From Amoeboaphelidium protococcarum X5 (lineage: Eukaryota > Fungi > Aphelidiomycota), in the NCBI GenBank assembly GCA_023515725.1, contig JALDTO010000208.1, positions 714,533 through 778,532 on the forward strand: a stretch of 64,000 nucleotides of DNA, written 5' to 3'. The notes under the pieces are model-generated. The model saw only the letters and a list, made by a program, of their open reading frames with translations. It searched no databases and was not told where the DNA came from. Positions 41,901 to 55,205 of the stretch are shown here, piece after piece. Numbering within the stretch: position 1 is the first letter of the stretch; the number at the start of each line of letters is the position of its first letter. A program made the position numbers and the translations under genes.

Positions 41901-43073
41901 GATTATTCTCAGAAATATTGCGATGTAGACTTGTTCAGCGACATAGAAAGGCAGTTTTAACCAGTTGGTGGCTTGTCTAAGCCTAAGAAGATCTGCGTAT
42001 AAGGAAAATCCGGGTTGAAGTACAATATTTTGCTAAAGAGGGATGCTGAACTTCGTCAAGAAGCCATCTTGCAGTCTATATTCATAGTGGTGAATGATTT
42101 GGTTCGCTCAAGGGATGACATTCCGGATAGTCTTAAATCTTTTGTCAGGACTTACAACATAGTTCCGCTTAATCAGAATATAGGCGTCATTGAATGGTTG
42201 GATGGAACATCTGTAGTTGGTGAACATCTATCTCTGCTCCACGAAAAGTATTTCCCCTAGGATTGGAAATCTTCTAAATGCATTCATTATTTGAATGGTA
42301 TTGTCGCTGGGTCTAAAGTATCGTCCAACGATATCCTATCAGCTTATCTCGATGTTGAGAAGAAGTTCACTCCTGCAATGAAATATCATTTCTTTGAGAA
42401 GTTGCCACTAATGAATGCAGCTGAAGTATGGAGGATGCGCTTGGACTATTCAAAAAGTGTAGCTAGCAACTCCATGGTTGGGTATATATTTGGTATAGGA
42501 GATCGGCATCCTTTCAATATTCTTCTCGATGATAGTACTGGAGAATTGATTCATATAGATCTTGGAGTGGCTTTCAACGCCGGTGAACTGTTAAGATTTC
42601 CTGAGGTTGTACCGTTTAGACTTACGCGAGACATCATCGATGGTATGGGATTATGCGGTGTGAATGGACCATTTATGAACAACGCGACCAAGATGTTGGA
42701 CATTCTGAGGGATGGCAGAGAGGAACTATAGTCAATGCTAGAGGTTCTTCGTATCGATCCTCTGTACTCTTGGGCACCCCCGATAAAAAAGAATATTATT
42801 GCGGCTGATGATGATCCATGTGACTAAGAGAATCTACCCATCAGAGTCAGTAGAGGTGGAAGAAGCCTGCGTTCTGATAGAAATGAGCAGTTCATATCCA
42901 TGGAATCAGTAAGAGAGAATAGCAATGTACATGCTTAACGCGTCATAACTCGAGTAAAAGATCGACTGCAAGCGCGAGACTCTGCTGATTATCTCGTACG
43001 GGATCTGATAAGGCAGGCGATCGATGTTGGCAATCTATCTAAAATGTTCCCCGGATGGCACGCTTTCATGTGA
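35964..43073 (+). CDS. TEL1: ATM/Tel1 PIKK kinase (apparently intronless, about 2369 aa)
   Basis: Track fragments at 36270, 42015 and 42291 share one frame. Kinase motifs LRQEAILQ, RTYNIVPL, GDRHPFNIL and HIDLGVAF; FATC end NLSKMFPGWHAFM-TGA. The central frame was not checked codon by codon. Confidence 0.9.
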
Positions 43074-43397
43074 TTGATGTGTGAACTCTGTATAAATTCA
43101 TCACATGCATAAGCTCTCTCACGAAACTACTTAATTTTTACAGTATCCTGAAACGAAATCAGCCGTAACTCTCTTCTATACTTTCTTTCAAGCGAAAGAG
43201 TTTCAGTCGCGTTCGTGTGTGACTCTTCTGCACCTGGAACTTCGGAGAATGTTTCTTTCTTCAGAGAGTAATTTCTAACGAGAAGGGGGATTCTGCTGCG
43301 CCATCTCTTCATTACAAAGTGTCAGTCAGCAAGTCCCACATTATCATTGAAAGACAAAGACAGACATCTGGACGGGGGCGATCTACAATTATTGATC

Positions 43398-46232
43398 ATG
43401 TAAGGGATCGATCTTGTGACTTTTTAATCTGAAATTCAGCAGGCCAAATAGGCAATACTTGGTAATCCTAATATCGATCATGTCATCTTTGCTATTCAAC
43501 TCACCACCAACTCCGCTGATGATACTAATAATGCTTAAAATGGAACGTAAGAACAATTATAATAGTAGTATTAGAATGCCATGAGTTTAAAGTTGCGACC
43601 AGTGGGTGGTGGCCCAGGTGGACTGGCAGCTCTTAGGCGAATGTTGTCCATGACTGACATGTCATTCATATTGGTTCGTGTAATGGATGGTTTGAGTCAG
43701 GCCTTTAAAATTGTGTTAATTGGATGGATTGGAGAGTAGGCCTCACCACTGTAATTAAAAGTATTTCAGCTATCTCTACCCACAATTAGGTAGGTGTTCA
43801 TGGGATATCACGCTGAGATTTTGGCGAGGAGTCTGCAGGATTTAGACATGGCTCATATAATGCGGAAATTGCATGAGCAGGCTCTCTTGAATGCACAGAA
43901 TACTTAATAAGTACAGTAGCTGAATATTAACAGTAACAGAGATTCTATGCCTAGTAGGCCAGTATCGTAATAGAGTTCACGTCCAACTATCTCTGCTTAG
44001 TCCTCTCTGCATTATCCATAATCCCCCTCCAAGTAGTTGGCATAAAAGACGATGTTGCAAAGATAACTTAGTGCTGCGTCTTCTTAACCTTAAAGTTCTG
44101 CTTAATCTCACTCCTTAAACTTGCCTGGAACTAATCTTCCCTCTGATAATAATAGAGTACGTGCTGCATCTAGTGATTAGGTGTCTAGAAAGAGTTCACT
44201 CGGTACATCATAATAGCAGCAGTAGTAATAATAACAGTAATTTGTATTAACTCCTACAGAAACTGAATCAGGTCGCGATGGCCTTTCATAGTAGCAATGG
44301 TAATAAATGGAGTCAAATTAGGTATAGCAAAAGCCTTAAGTTGCTTAGAATGTTCTTATTAGACCGTTGTCGACATTTGGTGGATACGATGTAGATAAGA
44401 TGCTGGCCGCTATTCGTGGTGGTGGCGAGTGTAATTCTAAACGGCCATTTATTATTAAGGATGATCTCGGCAAGGTGGACGTGTTCAGGCTTGTCATGAT
44501 GCTGAATGCAGATTCCGCTATTGATCAGTATGAAGCTCTTAGGATTCTGTTGTACCTGTCATATGATCCATATTCAGGACTCACGTTTGGTAGTTATTAA
44601 ACTTTATACTCGAGTCTATTATCTGTCTTATAGCGGTCTCTTGATTACTATTAATTGCTCGGATTTTTGAATAATAATAGTGATGATGATTTTAAATTCT
44701 GGACTTATATGGAGCTATTTGAAATTGATTATTAAAAGAGTATTGTGAGATTTCGATAATGTCATTAGAGTCCGGATCATGCTTAGTTTGAGAGATTCAA
44801 ATACTTTGGCCTGTCTGCTATAGTCATAATCTCTAATTTACTTTAGAATCCTGTTAATGCTGATTATATTGCTTAATCCACCGCGATTGCTGATATATTT
44901 CTATCAATTTGCATGTGCTGCCTCCGATTATCTCCATTCATAGAATCTCATCCGGTCGGTAGTTTACAAAATGAAATTGATTTAAATCTCGCTGATGTTG
45001 TTCTATAATTCAGGAAAGAAATACTCAAGATACTCACCGTAATTGGTCATAGAATTGAAATACGTAGCTGGGAATAGCTGCATCTCTTGCTTCAAATCGG
45101 ATTAGACTTTCTGGTGCCTTGCGATAATGAGTTTATTGGTAGAGCTCATAATCTTTCATCCAATTCATGTTTAGGATAGGCGTCATTTGGACCATATAGC
45201 GATGACTCAAAATCTCCTTACCATGCTCAGGCTCTGGAATTTTTATGTAAACTCACCGCAGTTGCTGCCAACATTCAATTGATTGCTGACATTTTATCTG
45301 CTGATGATGATAATCCATCTTCGTCACATCATCTGTTAGTCTATAAATTGGTAGATATTCTTGTGGATATGATACCTGCTGGTAGTTTTGGACATGGAGG
45401 TCTTGGTAAGTACAAGGATTTGATTGTGATGCCTGTGGATATTTTGACTGTACTCGCCACTCTTTAAACTCTATCCCATCTTTGTCAAGTGCCTGCGGTG
45501 ATCTCGCATTTGTTAACTAAATGTCCTCTTTTATTAACACTTCTCTCACGAATGACCACTGGTATAGTGTGGACTCATAGTCCCACATTCCTGGATGATG
45601 ATGAGTCTTTGATTCAGTCTAAGCTTTACATGGGATACCGGAACAATCTGGAGTTTACACCAACTGATAGGGAACTGGTTATGAATTTGACTAAACGGAC
45701 TGCCATCATTGCTGGAGAGATTCTACTTGAAATTGTGAAATCTGACCCATTTCGCTCTCGGCGGAGACATTATAAGAGTAGAAGTTTATTCCCTATTGAT
45801 GATGGTGTCGATGAATGTAATGGAGTTTCTCTTGATCAGTATCCCGAATTCTAGAGGTCTGAATATATTTCATAGGTGCTAGTGAGTGCGTAAGATGTAG
45901 AGGGCGTTGGGATTGATGACCGGTATGAGTTAATTGACAATTGTGGCCTTGATATTGCGTGCATTGACATGGAGCAAAGCTTTTTATAATTGTTACTAAG
46001 TCCGCGCATACCATCTGAATTGCAGAAGCTCATGTCTTAAGTGTTATTGCATATGTGTCCACAATCTCACTGCAAATCAGCGACAAATAGCGACCTTGAA
46101 CTAAATGTACGAAGTGGCTCAAGAGAATCAATGAGTAGGGATTCACAGCCTGTTTATGTGGACCGTGGTCATGATGTAAGTGCATCTTTAGAATAGTCGT
46201 CAACTTTGACAATAAATGGTTAGTAGAATTGA
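43398..46232 (+). CDS. Swi1/ARID1-like SWI/SNF scaffold with N-terminal ADF-H (coactosin-like) domain
   Basis: Single 944-aa frame. Residues ~1-160 look like ADF-H, followed by a Q/S-rich linker, then RPLSTFGGYDV...LGKVDVFRLVMML...EALRILLYLS resembling the Swi1/Sol1 C-terminal region. Confidence 0.7.
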
Positions 46233-46355
46233 ATGACATTGTCTATTTTTATACATTCTAGTTTATCCCTTTCGTTGCTTCCCTCCGTGACTAAGAGTCT
46301 TCTTTTAATTGAACATTTATTGTCGCCGATAAATTCAAAATCTAAAGAATTGGCC

Positions 46356-49022
46356 ATGAAGATACCACATCTTATGAAGCTTCTATGGCTGGTATAAATT
46401 CAACTATGTTTGAGTGTCCAGTATGCAGTAAAGTTGTCGCATTAATCATCAATCACGCAGAAACTGTTTCGCCAGTGGCTGATTGATCTACCGCGAGTGC
46501 CGATCGTTTCAAAGTCTCTAGCTCTAAAAGTGGCCACAGAAGCTGGCTTTAATACTGCAGAGACTATCCATATTGGTAATCACGATGGTTTATTCATATT
46601 TGATGACACAAGGACTGATAGCTCTCTTGATGAATAGCGATTCACTAACAATGACAATCTTACCATGATTGAGCAGTTGCTAACTCAGAGTTGTCATGTC
46701 GAGTGGTTTGAAAAGTAAATGCCAAGGCGACGCGTCAAGAGAGAGACACTATCACCTGCGGCTGCTTTTAATGATCCTCTTTATGCTGATTAATGGTTTC
46801 TTAATAGCGGAGTTCAGGATGGTGGTAATGTTTATGATTTTGGTGCCAGTGATTTATGGTAACGTAATTACACCGGACGCGGGGTACAAATCGCCTTAAT
46901 CGATGATGGCCTAGAGTTCAGTCATCCAGATATCGCGCCTGCTTACGACTCCATTGGAAGCTATGATTTTAACTCGCGATCTCCACTAAGGCCACCAAAG
47001 TCAATTCTGGATAATCATGGAACTAGATGTGCAGGATAAATTGTTGGTAGGCCTAACAATTCTGTATGCGGAGTGGGACTATCTTATGGGGCAACCGTGG
47101 CCGGTATCAGATTGATTAGTGAAGATCCTACAGATTCTGCCGAAGGTGCAGCGTTGACTTATTAATATCAGAGAAATCACATTTTTAGTAGTAGTTGGGG
47201 ACCGAGTGATGATGGGCGATCCATCGATGGACCAGGTAGATTGGGACAGTTGGCTTTTGAAGAAGGTGTCACTAATGGGCGGAGTGGTCGAGGCTCGATA
47301 TACGTGTTTGCTAGTGGTAATGGAGGTAATTAGAATGACATTTGCACGTATGATGGATACGCAAATTCTATATATACTATCAGTGTCGGTGCGGTGACTC
47401 AGCAAGGTAAGTGGCCATATTATGGTGAGCAATGTGCGGCAATGTTGATTTCAGCATACAGTGGCGATGGCATGATCAATGTACCGACTGTGGACTTATC
47501 AGCGCTCTGTCAACAGCCACCATGCTGTACCAAGGATCATTTTGGAACATCCGCTGCAGCACCTTTCGTGTCGTCCCTTATAGCAATTATGCTTTAGATG
47601 AGGCCAGAGTTGAGTTGGCGTGAAGTACAGCACGCATTGATCAAGTCCACCATCAAGAATGATCCTACCGATCAGGATTGGGTGTAAAATGGCGCCGGCT
47701 ACCACATTAATCACAAGTATGGATTCGGTACTGTGCAGGGTGGATTACTTATAAACAGCACATTATCGCAGCCTCGACTGCCTAATTAGTCCCTCATATC
47801 AAAATCTATGGTAGATGCACGACAGGGTCCTATCACAATTGCAGCGGGAGAAATAGAGAAAGTTGATATCACTGTGTCATAGGACGATTTAACGATGGAT
47901 AATAGTGGATATGGAAATATCTAGTCTATAGAGCACGTTCAGTTGTTTATGGATATTGAGCATCCTCAGCGAGGTTAACTATCTGTAGAATTGATCAGTC
48001 CAAGTTTAACGTCTTCGATACTGGCCATGCCACGTCCAAATGATGATGATACCACTGGCATCCGCAAGTGGACATTCATGACTGTTCGCAATTGGGGAGA
48101 GAGCCCGCAAGGTAAATGGACCATAATAATAAAGGATCACCGACAGGCTCAGGATGGAGCTATTTAGGCGGGGAAACTCTTAGACTATAAGTTGACTGTG
48201 TGTGGAATAGCTTGTAAGTCGTCGGAATATAAGATTATAGATGCAGATGGACGCGTTGAATGCCCATGGGAAACTATACATAGAATGTAGGCGTAGCATA
48301 ATTAGCGCATCTTCATCGCTGGCATAGCAATAGGCACCATTGTGTCAATAGCACTAGTCGGTGCATTAATGTATACATTTATCATCCGGCGAAGGCAGAA
48401 GAAAACTAATGTACCATAGAAAGGTAGGAATCCTAGTCTATTGTTGTAATTGCCATCGCTAAAGTACCAGAGAATTGGAAATGCTAATCCGGAATTCGAA
48501 CTGACAGAGATCATGTCACCTGCAGACAGTGTTCCTCTGAATAGATCTTCATTACCGCCTAAAACACCAGTGGTGGATATATCCCCTACAAAGTAGTTCC
48601 CCATAGTTACTGCAGGACGTCCGCGTACTCCAACAATGACGCGCATAAGCTCCCTTAAACAGTTGCAGGTCAGCACTAATCTGGATTCGTAATCATTGCA
48701 AAATTCCATGGTAAGTCCTGCTCCATTTAGTCTATTTCAAAAGTCTCAATCGTTGCCGCGACTGACAATATCAACTGCTAGTTTAGAATCTTCGTCATCC
48801 CGAAGTCAATAATAATCTTAATCGCGGGTGGAAGATCAGCAGTTGTCAGATGTTAGTAGTCCGAAGTCACCAACGTCAAAGCAGCGATTGCTCAATAGCA
48901 GAAATTAGCCTTATCCACTTACACCCAGCTCTAAGCGAGTACGTTCTAACACGCTCCTAAGTAGATTATTTGGCAATGTTATTACTCCTCCACAGCCTCA
49001 ATCGAGACCTCAAGATTAATGA
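46356..49022 (+). CDS. KEX2: Kexin/furin-like S8B proprotein convertase
   Basis: Signal peptide, propeptide end RRVKR, catalytic IDDG / HGTRCAG / GTSAAAP, ASGNGG, P-domain ([11 protein letters not shown]), TM segment and cytosolic tail; 888 aa. Confidence 0.92.
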
Positions 49023-49980
49023 TATTGATCATGTTGAGTTAAGATCACGACAACTTCTCGCCTTTTTTGATCGATCTTGTTTTATTTTTGTTTTCTAATC
49101 AGAAATTTAGATTACCATCAAATCTTTTTATTAGACTCAATATTAATGCTTTTGCGGTAGAGTAGATTATTTTAGTCGCAATATAGCGGTACTATTACCA
49201 GGCGGTATAATTTAAACGGAAACCCAATTAGAGTTGTGCATTGCCGTTTTGCCTCTAATGGCACTTAATCACAATAACTCGATAAATCTCTAGGTGATGA
49301 TGAATCAAATAATGATTTAAAAATAATCAAAAGTCTTGGAGTTTATATCTGGCCAAAAGATGATAGATCAACCAAGGTGAGAGTTGTTGGTTCTCTGTCG
49401 CTGCTAATCGCTGGTAAATTACTCAATGTGCAGGTGCCTATGCTATTTAAAGACATTATAGATCAACTCAACGTTCCCCTTATAGAGGCTTCCGGTTCAT
49501 CTGTTATGAATGCTGCGGGTGCTCTGCTTATTGGATATGGTGCTGCTAGATTAGGTGCCAGTCTGTTTTCAGAATTTCGTAATGTCGTATTTGCCAATGT
49601 GGCTCAGTCTGCGATTAGAAAAGTATCACGTCAGGTATTTTATCATCTCTTGAATTTGGATCTCAGTTGGCACTTGTCCCGTTAGACTGGTGGTCTCAGT
49701 AGGGCTATCGATAGAGGAACCAAAGGAATCAGCTTCTTGCTGAGTAGTATTGTCTTCCATATCGCTCCCACTGCGTTAGAGATTACCATGGTGTCTAGTA
49801 TACTCGCCTATCAGTATGGACCTTCTTTTGCTGCTCTGACAGTCGCCACTATGGCAGCATACACTGGATTCACGTTTGGTATCACTTCATGGCGTACAAA
49901 ATTCAGACGTGATATGAACAAGGCCGACAATGCTGCAGCGAGTAAAGCCGTAGATACTCTGGTAAATTTCGAAGCTGTAA

Positions 49981-50100
49981 TGTTAAAAACGTAATAAGTA
50001 GAAAATAAATAATAACCAATTATTGTTATTTCTACTTCACTTGAAGAAGTAGTTTGATCATTTTTCACTGACGTTGTACGTGTTTCGTCACAACCTAACA
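49981..50100 (-). repeat. 3' LTR (120 bp)
   Basis: Identical to 55206-55325; preceded on the element strand by the purine-rich tract AGGCGAAAG (putative PPT, 50101-50109). Confidence 0.96.
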
Positions 50101-50126
50101 CTTTCGCCTGAGGATATACGTGCAAC

Positions 50127-53100
50127 TCAACAGCGACTTTAATCTAGACCCAATCTGGCAACATGTCTTCGGAATAGCGTAGGAGTCAGCGGCTTGGTTA
50201 GAACATCAGCAGTCTGCTCCTACGTATTCACATATTCAAACATAACGCGGCCGCTTTCAGTTAACTCCCTGACAAAATGATACTTAACTTCGATATGCTT
50301 AGTTCTGCTAAACTTCTCCGGATTCTTTGTAATGGCAATACAACTCTGGTTGTCTTCCATAACTTTAAGTGGATGAACCTTCACTCTATCAACAGTTTCT
50401 TCATCAGCTAACAACCTTAGCCCATCAACCACAATATCGAGCCCTACTTCATTCAGAATCTCCCTAAACCAGCACAGCTCTTAACACACAGCAGCAGCGG
50501 CATAGTACTCTGCTTCAGTGCTACTTAACGCAACTGCACTTTACAACTTGGACTTCCAAGAGATACTAGCGCCACACATTTGAATTACATAGCCGGTGGT
50601 AGACCGCCTTCCCTCTTAATCGTTAGCAAAGTCTGCATCGGCATAAGCAATGGGAAGCAGATCTTTCTTCCCATCGAAAATCAAAACAAGATCTTTACTA
50701 CCAGCCAAGTATCGCAGGACCCTTCTGACCATACTGTAGTGTTCCATCTTAGGATTCGACAGATATTTACTTAAGTAACCAACAACGAATGCAATGTCGG
50801 GACGCGTACCCACCATAAGATACATCAATGAACCAATCAACGCTCTATAAGAAACATCCAAGAAACCATCATCAACATCAACGTTAATCGCCTAAAGACT
50901 CATGGGTGTTGAGACTCCAACACAGTTGTCCGCTTCAAAGCGAGTAAGAACACGTTCCAGGTAAGTGCGTTGATCTAATTAGATAATCTTCTAAGGCATT
51001 GACCTCTTGATCCGAATCCCAACAATATGCTCAGCAGGACCTAAATCTTTCATGTCAAAACGCTGAGCCAGCTGTGCTATGACGGCATCAATATCTGATT
51101 AGCGCTAAGTAATTAAAAGAATATCATCGACATAGAGCACTATCATAAATAATCTACCGTGCTTGCGCCTGATGTAAAGACAATTGTCGGCATGGCTTCT
51201 CTTGAAACCAATCTCGACAAGAAACTAATGAATTGTATTGTTCCAGCATTTCGGTGCTTATTTGAGCCCATAAAGACTTCTCAGTAGACGCAGTATCTGA
51301 CCTTCAAATTCGGTACCCACAGGCCCTTTCATGTAAATCTCCTCATTCAGTATTCCGTTTAAAAACGCAGTATTTACATCCATTTAATGGATTATCATAT
51401 CATACTTTGCAGCTATAGCAATTACCATCCTAATCGTGTTAAACTTAGCCACCGGAGCAAATGTCTCGGTGTAATCAACATCCTTCACTTGACGGAATCC
51501 TTAAATAACTAATCGAGCCTTGAATCTCTCCACCTACCCACTGGAATCAAGCTTGATCTTAAAAACCCATTTGCAAGGGAGCGCTTTAAAGCCTTATGGC
51601 AGAATGGACCTTTTCCAAGTCCCATGTTTAAGAAGACTCCTCAACTCATCCTCCATCGCAGCCTTCCACTGCGGCCATTCTTTAAGTAACATAGCCTCTG
51701 CAACGGTCTTAGGAGTCACAGGTATGTCTGAGCCACAATAGATTTCATTGAATAGACAAGTCACATCATACGGCATCTCTTCAACCTCAAGCTTAGAGAG
51801 ATAGCATTGAACAAAGTCATCAATTAGTTCGTTTATCTTCACCTGAGACGAGAGTGCCTTGATATCAGCCCGTGTGTTCATGTCGATTTTGAGTTCTTCA
51901 ACCAGGCGTTTGAGTCTCTTATTCACCAGAGCGTCTTCCTCATCCTCTTGCTCTTCACTTTGCTCTAAAGGATTAGACTCTGCACTGATATTACGCAGGC
52001 GACGACTGATTCGCTTACCACCAACTTTAAGACACGCAGATCTCTGTTATATAGCTTACACATTCGTCGCGTCTGCATCATCCCTCACATTCACATTAGG
52101 CTCTTAATCATTCACATTCACATTAGGCTCTTAATCATTCGCATTCACATTAAGATCTTGAACATTCACATTCACATTCTCTTACGGCACATTCGAGCCC
52201 GATACTTACACATTCACTTAAGACACATCACTTTAAGTGTTCACATAAACATCATCTACCAAACCGGTAGGCATAACATCAACATCATCACTTCCGCCCA
52301 CCTCCATCTGAGGATTTGGCGTATGTTAATCATTGTCATGCACATTGGTCTAATCTACATGTCTTTCGCCCAAAGTGGAGCGCATATTATCAGAGCTTTC
52401 GCCGAATGAAGAACGGGATTAATCTGGATTCTATGTCAAGTCACAAGAGGTGCTGCTTTCGCCCAACATCAAACCAGATTCCGACTATGTGTCTGAGAGA
52501 TCTGGAGGATAGAACGATTCATACATCAAGTCAAACTCCTAGGCACCATAAGTCTAACGTGCAACCTCGTGAAAGACGACTTCATCAAAAGGAACATCGA
52601 GTAATGAATTTTAAGCAGTGAGAATCTGATAACCGCTTGGTCTATACCCAATGAAATGACCTTTAGCAGTACGACTAGAGAATTTGAATTTATCAGCTCT
52701 TGCTTCTTTAGGTACGAAGTACGTAACGGGACAGCCCCAAATTCTCAAATGATTGTAGCGCGGTTAGCTCCCATGGTATACTTCGTACGGTGTTATTTAC
52801 AGTTATCCGGCGGCATTACGAGCACTTGTTAAAACTCTATTCGCCACATATACATAAGCCTGCACTGCAAGGCCCCAATATCTTCTGGGCAACCCACTGG
52901 ATAGTAACATACTGCATACACCTTCTACAATCCGACGATTATATCTTTCAGCTACTCCGTTCAACTAAGGTGTATATCTAGGCACCATATCTAAAAGGAT
53001 TCCATAATCACGACAGAATCCTTTAAGATCTTAGTTCACAAACTCAGTACCTTAGTCGCATTTTAGAGTGTTGATCTTCTCACCAGTTTCCACGTTCATT

Positions 53101-55157
53101 CTAGCGTTAAGCACTTAAATGGCCGAGGATGCTTAATCTTTGCTGTACAACAATTCCGCCCATGCATAGCCTGAGTAGTCATCTACTATAGTCAAGATGT
53201 AGGATTACTTCTGAGGTGTTTGAATGCCAATGGGACCGATGAGATCCGCATGAAGCATATAAAGAACACGAGGTGTCCGTAGAGGCATCTCTTTCTTGTC
53301 CCACCGAGAATCTTTCCGTTTAGAAAAATGAGCGCGAGTAGCTTTCGCTTGCAGACAGGGATCACAGTGATCTATTTAATCAAAGTCGATGTCATGGCTA
53401 ACTTATCCTAACATATCTAGTCACACCATTTTCTTCACGATTCCCTTGCTAGGATGTCCGAGACGTTCGTGGATGGTCTTAGCATTGATACTTGCTGACA
53501 GACTGACTACATCTGCCTCGCTCTTACTTTGATCATCAGACTTGTGACGCTTCGGATCACTGCCTTCGGATTGATGAGACTTGGGCCAGATCACCTTGAT
53601 GTCCATAACATACAATCCATCAAAACGTCCAGAACTCATTTTCTAACCAGTTGCAATACATTCTCCATTTTGGTAGATTTTCTTCATGCCTTCCCCAAAT
53701 ACCACATACATTTTCTTGTCATCAACCGGCCCAACAGGGAATAAATTAAAGGAGAAGCTAGGAGAGTACAAGACGTCCTCAACAGTGGCAATGGTTAGTT
53801 TACCTTGGTCATTACGCATTTCAAACTATATGCTGCCTCTACCTACCACGGTAACCAAAGTGCTATTATCAATAGTGGTGCAAACAGCAGAACAATCTTG
53901 GTAATTGTACAACCAGTCTTTTCTACACGTAACAAATTTGTTGCAACCTCCATCACTTAACCAGACATTCTGGTTGTCTAGAGCAGTAGAGTCAATAGCC
54001 GCATTGAGGGTCATGACGTGAGTCACTAGAGACACAAAGTTAGCGTCTTCAGCACTTTGAGCAACATTAGCACTGAACTTGACTTTCTTTATGCCATGAC
54101 TTTAATCTTTGTCTCTAGGTATTAAGTGAGCAGGACGTTTGTGCTCAGCACCTCCACCAGGCCAGTAGCATTCTTCAGCAGTATGGTTCGCTTTCTTGCA
54201 GTTAGTGCAGTACTTGCTACTACTCCCGCCTGTAGAGAATTACTGCTTGCGATTACCTTTAAACGAAGCTCCTTACTTAACCATTGCATTAGCTTACACA
54301 GATTCAGTAGACTCACCACCAGATTAACGTAAGGCTTGTATCTGGCGCTATAGCTCAATACTAGTCAGAGTGTCCATCAGATCCGCGGTAGTCAGAGGCT
54401 TCTTTAAGTAAGTGGAAACGTTGTCCAACGCGCGGATATCGCCATACGTTGGGCCCTACGGTAGCTTATCTAAGAACTTCTAGGCTAGTTTTTACTCCGA
54501 AATAGAAGTATCTCCACACTTCTACATCTCCTCAACAATCGTTCTCATCGCAAATAGAAGTTTCACTGAATGATTGAACTGTTGGAAGGTGAGACTTTCC
54601 AATTGTTCAGCAAGCAGGCCAGAGTGCTTAGGAGACTTAGCGTTCCAATATGCCTCCACTGCTTATACTGCTTCATACGCGTACTTGCACTTGATGATGA
54701 TATATCTCAGCTGAGGTTCGATGGAATTCTCGATAATTGCCAGAGCTTTGCTGTTCATTCCCAAAACTTCCGAAATCACCTTATGCTTATCCAGACTTGA
54801 AGATCCACCTGAAGATACGGACTGTACAGAGGACGGGACTACATCCTTTCTAGCTCCACCTTACTTTCCAACGTCACCTCTCTATGCACTACTATCGGGA
54901 GCTGCCTGATTAACGGCTGACGCGTCCGTTCCGACGGAGACGACGCGAGTTTGGCTGGCGCTATCCAGATTAGACAAGAGATTTGCATAATAGTCTTCAA
55001 CAGAGCCAAGCTTCTTGATCTCTTTGTACACCTTCTTACCCAGCACCGCGTCCACCTTCTTCTCTCTGGCTTAAGTGAGTAACGACTTGTGCCAGGCAGT
55101 GAAATTAGGGCCGCAAAATATCGTTCCATGATACGCATCGTCCTTGCTGCTGTCCAT
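50127..55157 (-). CDS. Copia gag-pol polyprotein (about 1676 aa, single frame with TAR=Gln)
   Basis: Gag with zinc knuckle CTNCKKANHTAEEC; PR WLSDGG; IN HERLGH..CDPC, ADLIGP, CDQGTEF, TPQLNGVAER; RT HQMDV, LYGLKQAP, YVDD; RH YADADFA, STEAEY, RTKHIEVKYHFVRE. All pol-type track fragments share the frame. Confidence 0.92.
52085..52180. repeat. 27-bp tandem repeat in the IN-RT linker of the retrotransposon (encodes NVNVNDQEP-like units)
   Basis: tcacattcacattaggctcttaatcat twice (52085-52138), followed by degenerate copies. Confidence 0.8.
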
Positions 55158-55205
55158 ATTAGCTTTTGATAGAACCTGATATGATATGATAAATTGAAGT
55201 AGAAA

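Noticed and set aside
49811-50125. Two track ORFs sharing LGCDETRTTSVKNDQ... (also 55159-55395)
   Set aside because: These are translations of the identical LTRs, not duplicated genes.
52085-52240. CRISPR-like array
   Set aside because: These are head-to-tail coding repeats without spacers inside a eukaryotic retroelement; no cas genes are present.
50127-55157. RIP (CpA to TpA) as the source of TAA/TAG in the retrotransposon
   Set aside because: Single-copy host genes show the same codons, the LTRs are identical, and conserved Trp and other motifs are intact.
55160-55205. Canonical tRNA PBS (TGG...) or half-tRNAi PBS (GGTTATG...)
   Set aside because: There is no TGG next to the LTR; the nearest look-alike (AGGTTCTATC) is about 28 nt away and mismatched.
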